A stretch of DNA of 64,000 nucleotides from Octopus sinensis (GCF_006345805.1 NC_043005.1:74896001-74960000); one strand, 5' to 3'. Numbered from the stretch's first letter, positions 12,378 through 26,639 are shown. The notes: generated from the sequence alone by a model not told the origin. A program made the numbers and translations.

Positions 12378-12720
12378 AGGCAGCGAGCTGGCAGAAACGT
12401 TAGCACGCCGGGCGAAATGCTTAGCAGTATTTCTTCTGTCTTTACGTTCTGAGTTCAAATTCCGCCGAGGTCGACTTTGCCTTTCATCCTTTCAGGGTCG
12501 ATAAATTAAGTACCAGTTACACAATGGGATCGATGTAGTCGACTTAATCCCTTTGTCTGTCCTTGTTTGTCCACTCTATGTTTAGCCCCATGTGTATAGT
12601 AAAGAAATAGGTATTTGGACTCTCTTTACGTTCTGAGTTCAAATTACGCCGAGGTTGACTTTGCCTTTCATCCTTTTGGGGTTGATAAAATAAGTATCAG
12701 TTGGTTAATGAGGTCCATGT
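12378..12720 (+). mobile_element. SINE family B (GGCGAGCTGGCAGAA head, about 186-bp body) with a partial second body
   Basis: Head followed by TTCTGAGTTCAAATTCCGCCGAGGTCGACTTTGCC...AATAAAGAAATAGG-type body. Many copies across the window. Confidence 0.8.
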
Positions 12721-14329
12721 AATCGACTTAGCCCCTCCTCTGAAATTGCTAGCTTTGTGACAACTTTAAAACCAATATTGAGTTGCTGAATATAGCGGCG
12801 AACCGGTAGAATCGTTAGCATGAACATCAGTAGCTTGGCAAAGGCTGCGAGGTAGCAGAATCGTTAGCACACTGAACAAAGTGCTTAGCGGCATATCATC
12901 CATCTTTATGTTCTGAGTTCAAATGTCGCCGAGGTCGACTTTGCCTTTCATCGTTTCGGGGTCGATGAAAAAAGTACCAGCTAATCGACTAGTTTACTCC
13001 AACCAAATTTCAGACCTCCTGCCTATAGCAGAAACAATTATTTGTAGTTTGGTACGTGTAATGTGTTGAATACTTCCATTTAATTGGAAGAATACTTGTT
13101 ACTTATTGTTTTATTTAACCAATCATATTTTGATAAAATATTCAGTTACGAATCAATCCAGTAATGGCCACGTTATCAACAAACCACACATAACGTCACT
13201 TATTTTATCTAGCTAGTTTTGTATGTCGTTCTGATACAACGTAACAATAAGTAAATGTTGGGAAGCCCACGTATACAAGTCTGGTACACGAAGAACTTCA
13301 AAGTAATGGAATATAGAAGGATTACGACGAAAGCAATATTTTGAAGAACTGGGATAATTTCCGAATGTGTATAGCAGCCAGTACGACAGTGAACGTTTCG
13401 TTCTTGAGCAAATTGCTACAATACTGCTACTAAAAACAACTTAAGTCGTATATAGTCGTGTTGTTACCGTGCAAAAATAAAATTGTATATATTGTTGGAA
13501 ATCTTGAATTTACGGAGTGTGGTATTACTTTTGGTATTGCAGTGATGATGCTTTTGGGGGAAAAAAACATCCTTCTTGGCATTCCGATTCATGATGCTTT
13601 TGTTATGTGTTGAAATACAACAGAAGTGTATATAATATGTGTAATTGAGAAGTGACCGAAAGCATATTAACCGTCCCATCCCGTTTTGTTGTAATGAATC
13701 AGGTTTCATTGAAAGCGTAGCAACATTGAACAGACTGAAAGAGAGTCGTGATATTTATAGCTTGAATGCTTTTCTTCAAATTTATTTTCTAGTTTGAGGG
13801 TTGATGCGGAACTAAATGCTAAAACTACGAACGATATCTCTTAATTTAAAATTCACAAAAAAATATACGAATTGTAAAAGCGGGAGAAGAATGATAAGGC
13901 TTACAATATAACAAAAATACTACACTCCCGAGTAAAGAAAGCAAAAGGTTGCAGATAAAGCACAATATGCAGGAGGACAAAGGTGGAATAGTGTGAAGGA
14001 ATTGAAAGTAGAAAAAACATATCGGGCAAATAAAAGCTAGCGAAGCAGAACTGAGTGCTTCATACAAAAATGTTGAATAGAGGTAAATTAGAAACACGTT
14101 TTAAAGAGAAAAAAAAAGAAAGAAAAGAATAGGTGGCACGAAATTAAAGAATGAAAATATTTATTGAGCGTGAGTAGTGAGATAGCAAAGGGTCAAACGT
14201 GAATGTGGTATTGGCTGGGGGATGTAGCTTCTATTTTAAACGGTTTCATTAGATGACTGTAAGCTGTGAACTATGTAGCTTGGATTCTTAGCATGTCACA
14301 CGACCATTGCATAGTCAAACGTCGTAAAG

Positions 14330-14582
14330 GATAAATAATAATAATGAAATTATTGTATACAGTGCTCAGGTGCACCACAACTTGTTAGAAAGTGCATATA
14401 AAGTACATGCAGTAATGTAGAAATGTCTGGAAAGCGAACAATGTATGAATCAGATACATGCTTGTGTGTGTATGGAGGGGAGAAAATCAAGTGTAGTGTT
14501 GGCGAATCTCAGGAAGCATGGAAGTTTTGAAGGATGCAGTGCTCCGACAACTAACAACCGATGCCGGCAGTTTGTTCCATGG
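14330..14582 (-). mobile_element. 3' end of a CR1/L2-like LINE
   Basis: Minus strand encodes WNKLPASVVSCRSTASFKTSM, typical of the CR1/L2 ORF2 C-terminus. It is followed by a 3' UTR ending in a (TTA)-rich tail. Confidence 0.55.
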
Positions 14583-16599
14583 GATATGTGAATGTGTCGC
14601 ATTCTGGAATGAGAAGGTAGAGAAAGCTTTTGTAAGATTGGATATTAAAAAGAGACAACGGAAGAAATGTGATATTAAACAACAAACCTTTCTCTATCTT
14701 CCCATCATAATATATTTACAGCTGATTTTTCATTCATTTTTCTAATTCAATTCCTTCCTTGTGTAGGATCGTACAAATGACCAAATATTTAAGATTTAAG
14801 TTGACCATGAATGTAATTGGCTTATATCAAATTTCGACATAATATCTGGATAGTATTCGACTTGAAGATAATGCAAAAGTTTTCGTGTGTGATGACCCAA
14901 CTACAAACACTACTGTTTTTATGATTGTCCCTTCCTCAACTTCGGCCATCCTCTATCCATTTTTCTATCGAATCTTTGTATTTCTCTTCTAATCTTTGTA
15001 TTTCTTCCTCTCTTCTTTTCTTTCCTTCCCTTCTGTTTAGTCTTTCTTTTCCAAATCACCACTTCTCTTGTTATGTTTAGTCCATGAGGATACACGTGGA
15101 TGGAAGAGTAGCTGAAGAGGTCACTTCCCTTCCCCTTTCCTCTTTATTCTCTCTTCCACTTACCTTATGCTTATTTTTATTGCTTCTCTTCACTCCCCTT
15201 CCCATGCCTGTACCATTCCTTCAGTGTTCTTCTTGGTTATAACCAGAAGTAACTTGGACGAAAGCTGTATTAATTTTCTAGGTCGTTAAATTTTTCTCAG
15301 GCGATCAATTGGCCAGTTAAGTAAACCTATCACTTACAAACTTATAATGACAACTGGAAACAGGTGTAAGTCAAATCTACTGAAATAAAGAGAGATAGTA
15401 ATTATCATTATTTATGCCTTGTCTTGTGTATATGTAGTTCAAATTTACAGAAAACAAAAGACGAAGACAGATATAGGAACAACAAGCAGGTGTATTAGTT
15501 TAACGCTCAAAAAGAATGGAAAAGTCTTTTACATTTCGAGCCTACGCTCTTTGACAGAAAGGATAAAGAGGAAAAAAAAAAAAAAAACGAAGAGAGAACG
15601 AAAAAAAAAGCGGAGAGAGAAAAAAAAATGTGCTGAGTTCAACGGTCCAACATGACGAGATGACCAGAAAAAAAGAGGCTGGATGAAAGAAAGATAATAA
15701 TAATAACTATAACAGTGACCCCAACGAACTAAGGTGCGCAACCGCGTGTGTGTATATGAGAATGGTGTGTGTGAGTGTGTATGTGTGAATGGGGATGACT
15801 ATGTGAGTATGAGTAGACAGGCTGAAAATTATGTGAACCTGTGTGTGTATGTGTATAAGTAACCCAGTGTGTACATTATGTGGAGTGATATGCATTTCAT
15901 GTACTGGTAGGTATGTGGATTTCTGCTATGGACGTGTGTATGTATGTGCGGGGTTATCGTGTGCAAAGGCATGGGCTTGTGTGTGTGTGAACAAATAACC
16001 CAGTGTATGCGTTGTGTAGAATGATGTGCGTTTTGTGCATTTGTGTGTATGTGTGTGAGGCTAACGTGTGTGTGTGTTGTGTGTAGCATTTGATGCGTGC
16101 TTGTTCAGGTGGTGTGTGCATGTGTGTATGCGAGTCTGTGACCAAATGATACGCTAGTGTATAGTGTGTTTGTGGATGAAAGTTTCCTGTGTCTATGTAT
16201 GTCGCTAGTGTTTATGCATGTGTGTGTGTATTGTCTGTGTCCAGATATTATGTGCTTGTGTGGGCGTGGAAGTGTGCATGCTGGTGTGTGGTGTGTATAC
16301 TGAGTTAAACAGCTGCTCGAATATTGGTAAGTGTGTTGGCGCTATTGAAGATTTGCGTGTGGGTGTGTGGATAATAGTGTGTGGTGTAAATGATGATAAG
16401 TGTTTGGTGCTAGTGTGTATGGAGTGAGAGGGTGTGAGTGCAGTGGTATGTGAAATGATTAATGAGTTGAACAGTGTGTATGAGGGTTTGTATAATGGTG
16501 TGTGAAGGTTTCGAAGTAGGCGGTATACAGGTGTGTAAGTGTAGGCGGGAAGTTGAATGTGGGAGGTGTGTGGGAATCCGTGTGGGGTTCGTGTCAGAT

Positions 16600-17810
16600 G
16601 AAAAGAAGTAATGGGTTGAATCTATGAGTCACAGAGGAATGAAGAGAGAAGATTAATTCCAATTCACGGCGAAGACGGGAGTCCGGGTGGCGCCTGTGAC
16701 AGTCTGAACACTGACAGATGTTATAGCAAATGACTGGTAGAGCGGAAGTAGCGCGACAGCGAGGTGTCATTGCCAAGTCTGATATCTCGGAGGTGCTTCG
16801 CGAACCGATCAACCAAACGGCGTCCCGTTTGACCAATGTACAGGGAAGGGCAGAGAAAACAGGAAATGCAGTAAATAACATTACTGGAGGGGCAAGAAAA
16901 GGAGTTGGTGACGTGATAGGGACGGTAATGGGTGCCAATGAGGATGGTGATATTGGAGAGGTAGGGGCAAGTGCGACTATGTAGGCGAGAGCAGGGGAAA
17001 GAGCCAGGCTGGGAGGCAGGGGTAGGGAAGAAACTGTTGACCAGGAGGTCACACAAGTTATGGGCTCGTTTGAAGGAGGAAAGGGGTAGGTTAGGGAAGA
17101 TGTACGATGTGGTGGGTTTGGAGTGGAGTCGGCGGAAGGCTCAGAGAATGGTGCATTGGAGGGACGGTGGAAGGGTGGTAGGTGAAGGGAGACGAGTAAG
17201 GGTGGGGTGGGTGCGAGGAGAAAGAGCAGAGGCACGGTCCGCAGATCGTGCCTGGGCAAGGGCAGTGTGGATAATGGTGAGGTGATATCTATGTAGGATG
17301 AAATGGTGAACCATCAGTTGAGAATGAGTCTCAAAATCATGGTCGTCACTGCAGAGCCTGCATAGACAGAGAAATTAGGAGTGGGGGATAGAGAGCTTGG
17401 TATGGATAGCGTGGGAGGAGGAGGCATTAGGGTAGGAGTGTGAGTCAGGGTATTTGTAGTGGATGGTGAGAGTGGAGTGTGAATATTGACAGAAATATCG
17501 AGATATTTGACAAAAGAATTAGAAACAATGCAAGAGAATTTGAGGGCAGGATGGAAGGATTGGACAAAGGAGAGGAAGGTATCAAGATGTTCACTGGAGA
17601 GTAAGGTCGTGGTCATACAGTCATCAATATAACGACCATATAGCTTGGGAGTGGGGCCAGTGAATTGTGAGAATATTTGGTGCTCAACATAGCCAATGAA
17701 CAGGCTTGCATAGTTGGGGCCCATTTTTGTTCCCTTGGCCATCCCTAAGATCTGTTGGTAAGACTCCCCTGCAAACGAGAAGCAGTTGGAGAGGACAACT
17801 TCAGCCAAAT
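16600..17810 (-). mobile_element. Penelope-like retroelement fragment (RT + GIY-YIG endonuclease), frameshifted
   Basis: RT: YQQILGMAKGTKMGPNYASLFIGYVE...YGRYIDDC. GIY-YIG: FSCPSSNVIYCISCFLCPSLYIGQTGRRLVDRFAKH. Confidence 0.9.
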
Positions 17811-17829
17811 GAACAAGTATGGAGGTGCA

Positions 17830-17875
<46 letters not shown>

Positions 17876-18289
17876 ATATATATATACACACACATGCACA
17901 TATTGTATATATTCTTTTGCTTGTTTCAGTCATTTCACTGTGGCCATGCTGGAGCACCATCTTGAAGGGTTTCAGTCAAAGAAATCGATCCCAACACTTA
18001 CTCTTTGTAAGCCTAGTACTTATTCTATCGGTCTTCTTTGCCAAACTGCTAAGTTACAGTGACATAAACACATCAGTATTAGTTGTCATGTGATGGCAGA
18101 GGTAGGGGGTGGAGGACAAACACAGACACACACTCATAAATACACACACACACACACACACGCACACACACACATATATATATACATATTTACATACATA
18201 CTTATATATAAAAATGTGACAACCGTTGCAGACTTCGTAGAGTTCACACTGAAGATATCACCCACATCATAAGCAGTTGTTAAAAAATG

Positions 18290-18800
18290 TCATCACAGTA
18301 TTATCTACTGATGAGACATGATGTTGTAGCTAGGACACTCTATAATGAAATCTGTCAGAAAGATAATCCTGAGGTCAAATCCACAATATGGTAGAAGCCA
18401 TAGCCACTCATAATAAAAACGAATACTGGTGGAATGTACCAGTGAAGACCTCAATAAAATGTAAGCACAACAGGCTTTATATAATTATTTGGGATTGAGA
18501 AGGGGAAACTGTGCACAATTGTGGAGATTAGCTGCCCAGCAGATGTTAACATAAAGCTGAAGATCAGTGACAAAGAGAACACCTATGCTGAACTATTGAG
18601 AAATCTGCAGTTGCGCTATCCAGATTACAAGTTACCTGTAATTATTGGGGCCCTGTGGTATGTAACACACTGCTTAAATACCAATCTTGTGAAATTGAGC
18701 TTCTCAAAACCAGAAAGGAGAAATCTAATTTGAAGACTACAGATCCAGTCCATCACCGGAACTGTAAAAATCTGTAAAATTTTCCAGAAGTTTATCATTT
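18290..18800 (+). mobile_element. R4/NeSL-like non-LTR retrotransposon C-terminal (RLE) fragment
   Basis: VEISCPADVNIKLKISDKENTYAELLRNLQLRYPDYKLPVIIGAL matches the restriction-like endonuclease C-terminus of early-branching LINEs. Confidence 0.65.
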
Positions 18801-19216
18801 AAAAGGTATATGAGCATGTCTAGATATGCAACTATATGCATGAAAATATATACATAAAACATTCAAATCTGCACATACATACATACGTACATACATACAT
18901 ACATACATACATACATACATACATACTACATACATACATACATACCTTGTTGTTGATGTTGAAATTCCAATGAAAGAGACTTGGATCTAGGTTAGAAACT
19001 AACTTTTTCTCTACTGGCAACAAATCTTGAAATAAAATGAATAATGACACCAGCCACAGAGAGGGTGGGCCAGAATTCCTGACTCAATTATTTGCTATAT
19101 ATTTCTTAACATACTAATTTTATTGTTGTATTATATTGCTTCTTAATATACGTATTACATAATATTAATATATTAATATTTATAACTAACAAGTGAGTCG
19201 TGAATTCTGGCTCACA

Positions 19217-19250
<34 letters not shown>

Positions 19251-19499
19251 GACAGACTTCTTTCAATCTCTGTATACCAAATCCACTCGCAAGGCTTTGG
19301 CTGGCTCAAGGCTAAAGTAGAAGACACTTGCATACATGCCCAAGGTGTCATACAGTGGGACTGAACCTGGAATCTTGTGGCTGGGAAGCAAGCATCTTAT
19401 CTCACAGCCACACCTGCATATATTTACACACACACACCACACACACACACACACACACAAACACATACAATGTGTACCCTTTCAGTGCTTCCAGGAGTC

Positions 19500-19930
19500 A
19501 GTTTCACAATGGTGGGTGGGTTTTCATGAGAACCTTGCATCAGCTGGTCTTTTATCATTACCTGTGTGAAGCTCAGGGTCTTGAGATCAACCATCACCAC
19601 ATCATACCATTTCTTCCTGGGTTTTCTTTGTTGACAAACTCTAGCCACTTTTAGTGTCCAACACATCTTTATACAGCTACCCTCATCCATATGTATCCTG
19701 TATCCATACAAGCACAGTCTTTTGCCTTATAGACTACTTCTGATTTGTCTTATACCTAGTTTTCCTCTCAGCACATTTATGCAATGACATTTACGTACAC
19801 CTACATTGCACATCCAACAAAGCTTCATTCTTTCCAGTCTTTTCATGTGTTAGCTTCATTTCTTTTCAGTCTTGACACCCGCACTTTCTGTCCCTGTTTC
19901 ATCTAGATGTATGTTATTAATACTGTTTAA
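19500..19930 (-). mobile_element. RTE-like LINE 3' fragment
   Basis: RIHMDEGSCIKMCWTLKVARVCQQRKPRKKWYDVVMVDL, a degenerate form of the RTE C-terminal GRPRKTW motif. Confidence 0.6.
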
Positions 19931-21039
19931 CCCATCAATCTCAATTAAGTAGGACTATGATCAAAAGCATTCAAGCCATAGCCATCATATTGCGTTTTCT
20001 CTAATTCACTATTCTGGCCTACTTTAACTAATACGTCCATCCTTAAAGACTGTGTGGAATGATTTAGGGATATTCAGCTACTGTTTCTAGTAATTTGAGC
20101 GACCACATACAGGCTCCAACATTAGACTTACATGTGTACATTCTTAAAACTGGTTTTTTATGATGTAAAGAGGTGGTGTATTTATTTTACTTATCAAAAT
20201 TTTTATATTTATTTTAGTAAAATAAATAATATTTGACATATTAATTTATTTGGACTAAATACAAAGCCAGAATTTGCAGGCAGTGAGTACAGTCAATTAA
20301 ATCTACCCCAGTAAAGTATAAAACAAAACAATTGTTGAGATATACTGTGCTAAGAATGAAGTGAGACATATATTCCCCAGGATAGTGTGTCTGTCTATTA
20401 CAAGTGATACTCCCAGGAGTTATTCATTTAGAATTGAGAAGTATTTTAAAACTTTATGGTGTGGTAAAAGTAGGAAAGCAATAGCCATGGCCTTTATGCA
20501 GGGTCTCCAGGATTGGTGAGGGGAATTAGTTAGTTTGCTCCATGCCATTTGGCACATAAGGCACATGCTCTTTCCAACCAGTTCCATTTTCTACTACTGT
20601 TCTGGTCTCATTCCAGCTTCTCTACCTTTCTTGTTGCCTCCCCTTGTCAATGGTCCTTTGTTACATGGTTTTAAGGTGCTCTGTTGCTGTTTTCCCTTCA
20701 GGCTTCCACCTTAGCGGCACCATACTATCACTTTCTTGATCTTGTCAGAGGACGTCTCTGATCCAGTTTCAGCATCTGTGTCTTATTTCGTCACTGGTCC
20801 TGTTAATACCTGTTATTATTTCAAATGTGTCGTTTTGGACTCTTTGCAGCCACTTGATGTCTAGTATTTGCCTTAAGCATGTGAATTGGGAAGCTGTCCA
20901 TTGTAAAGGAAGGAAACATACCATAAATTCTGGGTCATCTTCAAGTGATGGTTAAGAGTTGTTGAAATATAGCTGAAAGCTTGGGGAGGGGAAGTAGAGA
21001 AATATCTCCATGTAATACAACACAAACATTTACATTGAT

Positions 21040-21410
21040 AGGGTTTTTCTAAGGATGTGGGCAGTACTTGTTAGCACAATCTTTTGGATTTCCTTGAGAC
21101 ATGGTTCTCCAGGGATATTGTCTAGGTGTTTCTGGTATCCCTTTTTTATCATACCTAGGGCACCTACAATAACAGGAACAGTTTTTGTTTTAAGATTCCA
21201 CATCTTTTGTATTTCGATTTCCAGTACCGTTTCGGAGAACTTTAGCCTGGTAATTTCTGGTAAACAAGCTTTGATCTTGTGCTGCCAGTATGAAGCCTTC
21301 AGTCTCTACTTTCAATCCTGAACTCTTCAGCCACTGATGGGTTGTTGCTTGGTCTACATCAGCATTTTGGCTTCGGAGAATATATTGTCCATGCAGGGGC
21401 TTCTGGCTCC
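21040..21410 (-). mobile_element. R4/Dong-like non-LTR fragment with an internal deletion
   Basis: KPLHGQY...THQWLKSSGLKVETEGFILAAQDQSLFTRNYQAKV is joined to MWNLKTKTVPVIVGALGMIKKG...IQKIVL. Confidence 0.7.
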
Positions 21411-21460
<50 letters not shown>

Positions 21461-21479
21461 AATATTATTATTAATATTG

Positions 21480-21820
21480 GTTGCCAGCTCTGTCTGGCCC
21501 CGTGTCGGTGGCACGTAAAAGCACCATCCGTTCGTGTCCGTTGCCAGCATCGCCTGGCCCCGTGCTGGTGACACGTAAAAGCACCATCCGTTCGTGGCCG
21601 TTCGCCAGCTCTGTCTGGCACCTGTGCAGGTGGCACGTAAAAAACACCCACTACACTCGCGGAGTGGTTGGCGTTAGGAAGGGCATCCAGCCGTAGAAAC
21701 ACTGCCAGATCTGACTGGGCCTGACGAAGCCTTCCAGCTTCACAGACCCCAGTTGACCCGTCCAACCCATGCTAGCATGGAAAACGGACGCTAAACGATG
21801 ATGATGATGATGATGATGAT
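21480..21820 (+). mobile_element. SINE family C ((ATG)n tail, internal about 60-bp tandem units)
   Basis: GGCACGTAAAAGCACC units, then GGCGTTAGGAAGGGCATCCAGC...CAACCCATGCTAGCATGGAAAACGGACGCTAAACGATGATG. Other copies at about 22400, 28300, 32200, 35380, 37680, 41140, 48050, 58680 and 60420. Confidence 0.8.
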
Positions 21821-23305
21821 TATTATTACTAAGGCTGTGAGCCGGCAGAATCAATAGCATGCCAGGAAAAATGCTTAGCAGCAGTTCGTCTGTCATTAAA
21901 TTCAGAGTTCAAATTCCACCAAGGTCGACTTAACCTTTTATCCTTTCGAAGTTGATAAATTAAGTACCAGTGAAACATTGGGGTCAATGTAATCAACTAA
22001 TTCCTTTCCCCAAAAAATTGTAGAAAGGATTATTATTATTGTCGTTATGTGAAATAAAGGCAGAAGGGAGAAGAATCAGTAGAGTACCAAACTTACACTG
22101 AGGTGAAACCCTACAAAAATTCCAGCTCCAGTACCTTATTATTTTCACTTCTGTATCAGTTATATAGTACAAAAAGGATAAGGATCCTTTCTAAGTCATA
22201 TAGCCTCATAGGACTGGTTTTCTGGTTTCCATGGCTGTGTGGTAAGATGCTTGCTTCTCAACCGCATGGTTTCGGGTTCAGTCCCACTGTGTGACACCTT
22301 GGGCAAGTGTTTTCTACTAAAACCTTGTGCCAACCAAAGCCTTGTGGGTGGATTTCGTAGGAAGAAACTGAAAGAAGACCATCGTATATATGTATGTATA
22401 TATCATCATCATCATTTAATGTCCGCTTTCCATGCCGGCATGGGTTGGATGGTTTGACTGAGGACTGGCGAGCCAGATGGCTGCACCAGGTTCCAATCTG
22501 ATCTGGCAGTGTTTCTACAGCTGGATGCCCTTCCTAACGCCAACCACTCCGAGAGTGTAGTGGGTGCTTTTATGTGCCACCAGCATGAGGGCCAGTCAGG
22601 CGGTACTGGCGATGGCCATGCTCAAATGTTTTTTTTTTTTATGTGCCACCTACACAGGAACCAGTCCAGTGGCACTGGCAATGACCTTGCTTGAATGTTA
22701 TTTTTTACGTGCCACTGGCACAAGTGCCAGTTAAGCGACGCTGTTAATGATTACACTCGAATGGTGCTTTTTACGTACCACTGGCATGGGAGCCAGTCAA
22801 CGGCCCTGGCAATGATCACACTGAGATGGTGCTTTTAACGTTCCACTGGCATGGGTGCCAGTCAGGTGGTGCTGTCATCGGCCATGACAGCAAATTTGAT
22901 TTTGATTGTGATTTCACTTGCCTCAAGAGATCTTTGCAAGCAACGCATAAGTAGGCTGGTTACACCACTGGCATAGGCCATGGGTTATGGTCTCACTTGG
23001 CTTGCCAGGTCTTTTCAAGCACAACATATTTCCAAAGGTCTCAGTCACTAGTCATTGCCTCAGTGATATATATATATATATATCTATGTCTGTGTCTATG
23101 TTTAATTCCCACCACCACTTGACAACCGTTTATGTCCCTGTTACTTAGCAGTTCAGCAAAAGAGACTGATAGAATAAGTACTAGGTTTCAAAAATTAAGT
23201 CTTAGGGTTGATTTGTTTGACTAAATCTGTTCAAGGTGGTGCCCCAGCATGGCCGCAGTCAAATAACTGAAACAGGTAAAAGATAAATGATGTATTTTTC
23301 CCTTT

Positions 23306-23790
23306 GATGGGATGCCAGTCTGTTACAGGATTGGATGCCAGTATGTCGCAGGATGGGATGACAGTGTGTCACAGGATGGGATGCCAGTGTGTCACAGGAT
23401 GGGATGACAGAGTGTCACAGGATGGGATGCCAGTGTGTCACAGGATGGGATGACAGTCTGTTACAGGATGGGATGCCAGTGTGTCACAGGATGGGATGAC
23501 AGTGTGTTACAGGATGGGATGCCAGTGTGTCACAGGATGGGATGCCAGTGTGTCACAGGATGGGATGCCAGTCTGTTACAGGATGGGATGCCAGTGTGTC
23601 ACATGGGATGCCAGTGTATCACATGGGATGCCAGTGTATCACAGGATGGGATGCGAGTATGTCGCAGGATGGAATGCCAGTATGTCGCAGGATGGGATGA
23701 CAGTATGTCACAGGATGGGATGCCAGTATGTCGCAGGATGGGATGACAGTGTGTCGCAGGATGGGATGCCAGTCTGTCGCCAGTCTGTCC
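23306..23790. repeat. 23-bp minisatellite (GTGTCACAGGATGGGATG[C/A]CAGT), about 20 copies
   Basis: Directly visible tandem array. It runs straight into the SINE sequence CAGCTGAGTGGACTGG. Confidence 0.95.
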
Positions 23791-23988
23791 AGCTGAGTGG
23801 ACTGGACCAAGGTGAAATGAAGTGTTTTGTTGAAGTTCTCAGGAATTGAAACCACAATCTTACAATATTGGGTCCAACACCCCTAACCACTAAGCCACGT
23901 GCCTCCACACATATCTGCTATATTCCGATAAACAAACTGTCTCATCTGTGTTTTTTATGTTTGCTTTTCTCTTTTCTTTACAGTAAAT

Positions 23989-24058
23989 ATGAATAGCAAG
24001 ATGTCACCAGTCTTACTCTTCCTCTTCTTCTGTTTAACCATTCATTTCACGAATGGAG
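23989..24058 (+). CDS. GH18 chitinase coding exon 1 (signal peptide MNSKMSPVLLFLFFCLTIHFTNG-G)
   Basis: Polypyrimidine tract + CAG acceptor at 23981-23983, ATG at 23989, GTAAGA donor at 24059. Phase 1 matches the exon at 32628. The hydrophobic core is consistent with a signal peptide. Confidence 0.8.
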
Positions 24059-26639
24059 GTAAGAATGATGTACACTTTCTTTCTATTATCATCATCATCA
24101 TCACCACCACCATTATCATCATTATCGCCACCCCCACCCTCACAACTATCACCATCATCATTCTTTAATATCTGTCTTCCATGCTGTAATGGGTGGATGC
24201 CCTTTCTAATACCAACTATTTTAAAGTATGCTGGATACCTTTTTTTTATGACACCAGCTCTAGTGAGGTTGCCATGTAGCTTACAAGACTAAGATCTTCT
24301 TTGACAATGCAGAAAGGCAGTAGAAAGAAGGATTTTTACTGATGCAGACCATCACCACAAGTTTCCATTGTTCTCTTCAGGGTCAATAATGTACCAGTCC
24401 AGTAGTGGGCTATATTCTTATCAAGGCGGCGAGCTGGCAGAAATGTTAGCGCACCGAGCAAAATGCTTAGCGGTATTTCGTCTGCCATTATGTTCTGAGT
24501 TCAAATTCTACCGAGGTCGACTTTGCCGGTCATCCTTTCGGGGTCGATAAATTAAGTACCAGTTACGCACTGGAGTTGATGTAATCGACTTAATCCGTTT
24601 GTCCTCTCTGTGTTTAGCTCCTTGTGGGCAATAAAGAAATATATATTCTTATCACTCCTTGTTTCTCTCTGGGCTGTAGCTTTAATTAAAAGGTCCCTCC
24701 TTCTCAGATCATCATCATATCCCAAACTGATTTGGCCTGAAAATTGCATTATAAACAAACATATCCATGAAATACTCAGTTGTTTATATGCAAACCTCTT
24801 GAGTACGAGTTCAGTTGGTGAGCAAATGACTGTTTGATTTCAAGAGTAATGGAGAATCTGCAATCTTATATACATGGAAGTGCTTAAAAGTTCCTGGCTT
24901 TAAGGCCATTTTGAAAGGCCTGGTTGGAGACCCAAGTTTCTGAGTTCTTTTATGGGACTTAGAAAAACTGAAGGACTACTGCAATAAGTTTGTGAATCAG
25001 AGAGGGGGAATATCATCATCGTTTAATGTCCAATTTCCATGCTGTCATGGGTTGGATGGTTTGACAGGAGCTGGCCAGCCAGGAAGCTGTACAGACTCCA
25101 ATTGTCCATTGTGGCATGATTTCTATGGCTGGATGCCCTTCCTATTGCCAACCACTTTACAGATTATGTTGGGTGCTCTTTTCATGTCACTGGCACCAAT
25201 GCATTTACACAGCACTGGCACAAGGGCATTTTATGTGGAACCGGCATCTGTAAGGAACAAGCCTGTATGTATAGATAACAGTTGTTTTACTTAGCTTGTC
25301 ACATCTTATCAAGTACAGCAAATTGCCACATCTCCTGGTCCCTTGTATTTTCCTCAGTGAAGCCCAGCATCCAAAGATCCTTTCTCACCACTTTGTCTCA
25401 CGTCTTTGTGGGTCTACCTCTTCCACTGCCGTTCAAGAATTTGGACCTGGAGATCTCCATTTCCAGCGACTTCGAGGGCCACCTCCCAGTGGTGTTGAGC
25501 ATCAATAAAAAGCCCTCGACTACAAGACGACCAAAGTCTTTTTGTTTTTTCTCCAAGGTCTGGAGTCTCCCGCCCCTAAGCCCTAGACCATCACCTAATC
25601 ACCCTTATCCATCTTGTTGCTTAACAACAACAACAACAATAACCCCTTCCACAAGTTTCCCCCACAGTTAGAGCTCGACACTTCTTTATGCAGCTGTCCT
25701 CATATTCCTCATTTTAAACATGTTATCTCGAGTGGGGAACATCTTGAATGCAATCATACTTAACTGATTCTCTTTTATTTTCTTTTACCCAAAACCAGGA
25801 ACTTTTCAGCCCCCTCTCATATACGTATTTAAAAAAATTTAAATGCACCCTTTTTTAAAGCCTAGCCAGGCGGGCCCAGTTTCCCGGTTTCAATGGCATA
25901 TGTGTTCCCCAGCTGGACAGGACACCAGTCCATTGCAGCGTTACTCATTTTTGCCAGCTGAGTGGACTGGAGCAACGTGAAATGAAATGTTTTGCTCAAG
26001 AACACAACGCGTCACCCGGTCCAGGAATCAAAACCACAATCTTTCGATCATGGTGCTGACACCCTAACCACTAAGCCATGTGCCTCCACTCATATACATA
26101 TATATCTATCTAAATGGTATTGTGGATTTAGAAAAGGAGAAATGCTGAAAACAACATACCCAACACATGCACTTTAAACAACAGGTGCATTGTTCATTTT
26201 ACAGTCATGCAGAATATTCCTAAATGAAAACTTCAAACAGGTTTTACACCACATATTGACACTTCTGTTTACATCAAATGTTGTCTCTGTACCTCACGTT
26301 ATTTGACCAAGAATTTTTTATTTAAATAGTTGCACCTATTTAAATACCTTATGATATACATGCACTTACTACACACACACACACACACACATGTATATGT
26401 ATGTGTGCTTGTTCGTATAGATGTGTATAGATACTGAGTCCAGATGCACAGCTGTGGATTTGGGTTTGTGTGTGTTCGTTTGTATACATAGATGCTCAAT
26501 CAAGATACACTGCATCCTTTAAAAATTCCATGCTTTCTGAAAGTTACCAACATTTCTCAACTTTGCCTTTCATTCTTTCTGGTTCAATAAAATAAGTACC
26601 AGTTGCACACTGGGGTCAGTGTAATTGACTTGCCTGCTC

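Noticed and set aside
16730-17285. Plus-strand ORFs of 84 and 104 aa
   Set aside because: Antisense readings of the Penelope element.
23306-23790. CRISPR-like regular repeats and Cys/Trp-rich ORFs
   Set aside because: A head-to-tail 23-bp minisatellite without unique spacers, in eukaryotic DNA with no cas genes.
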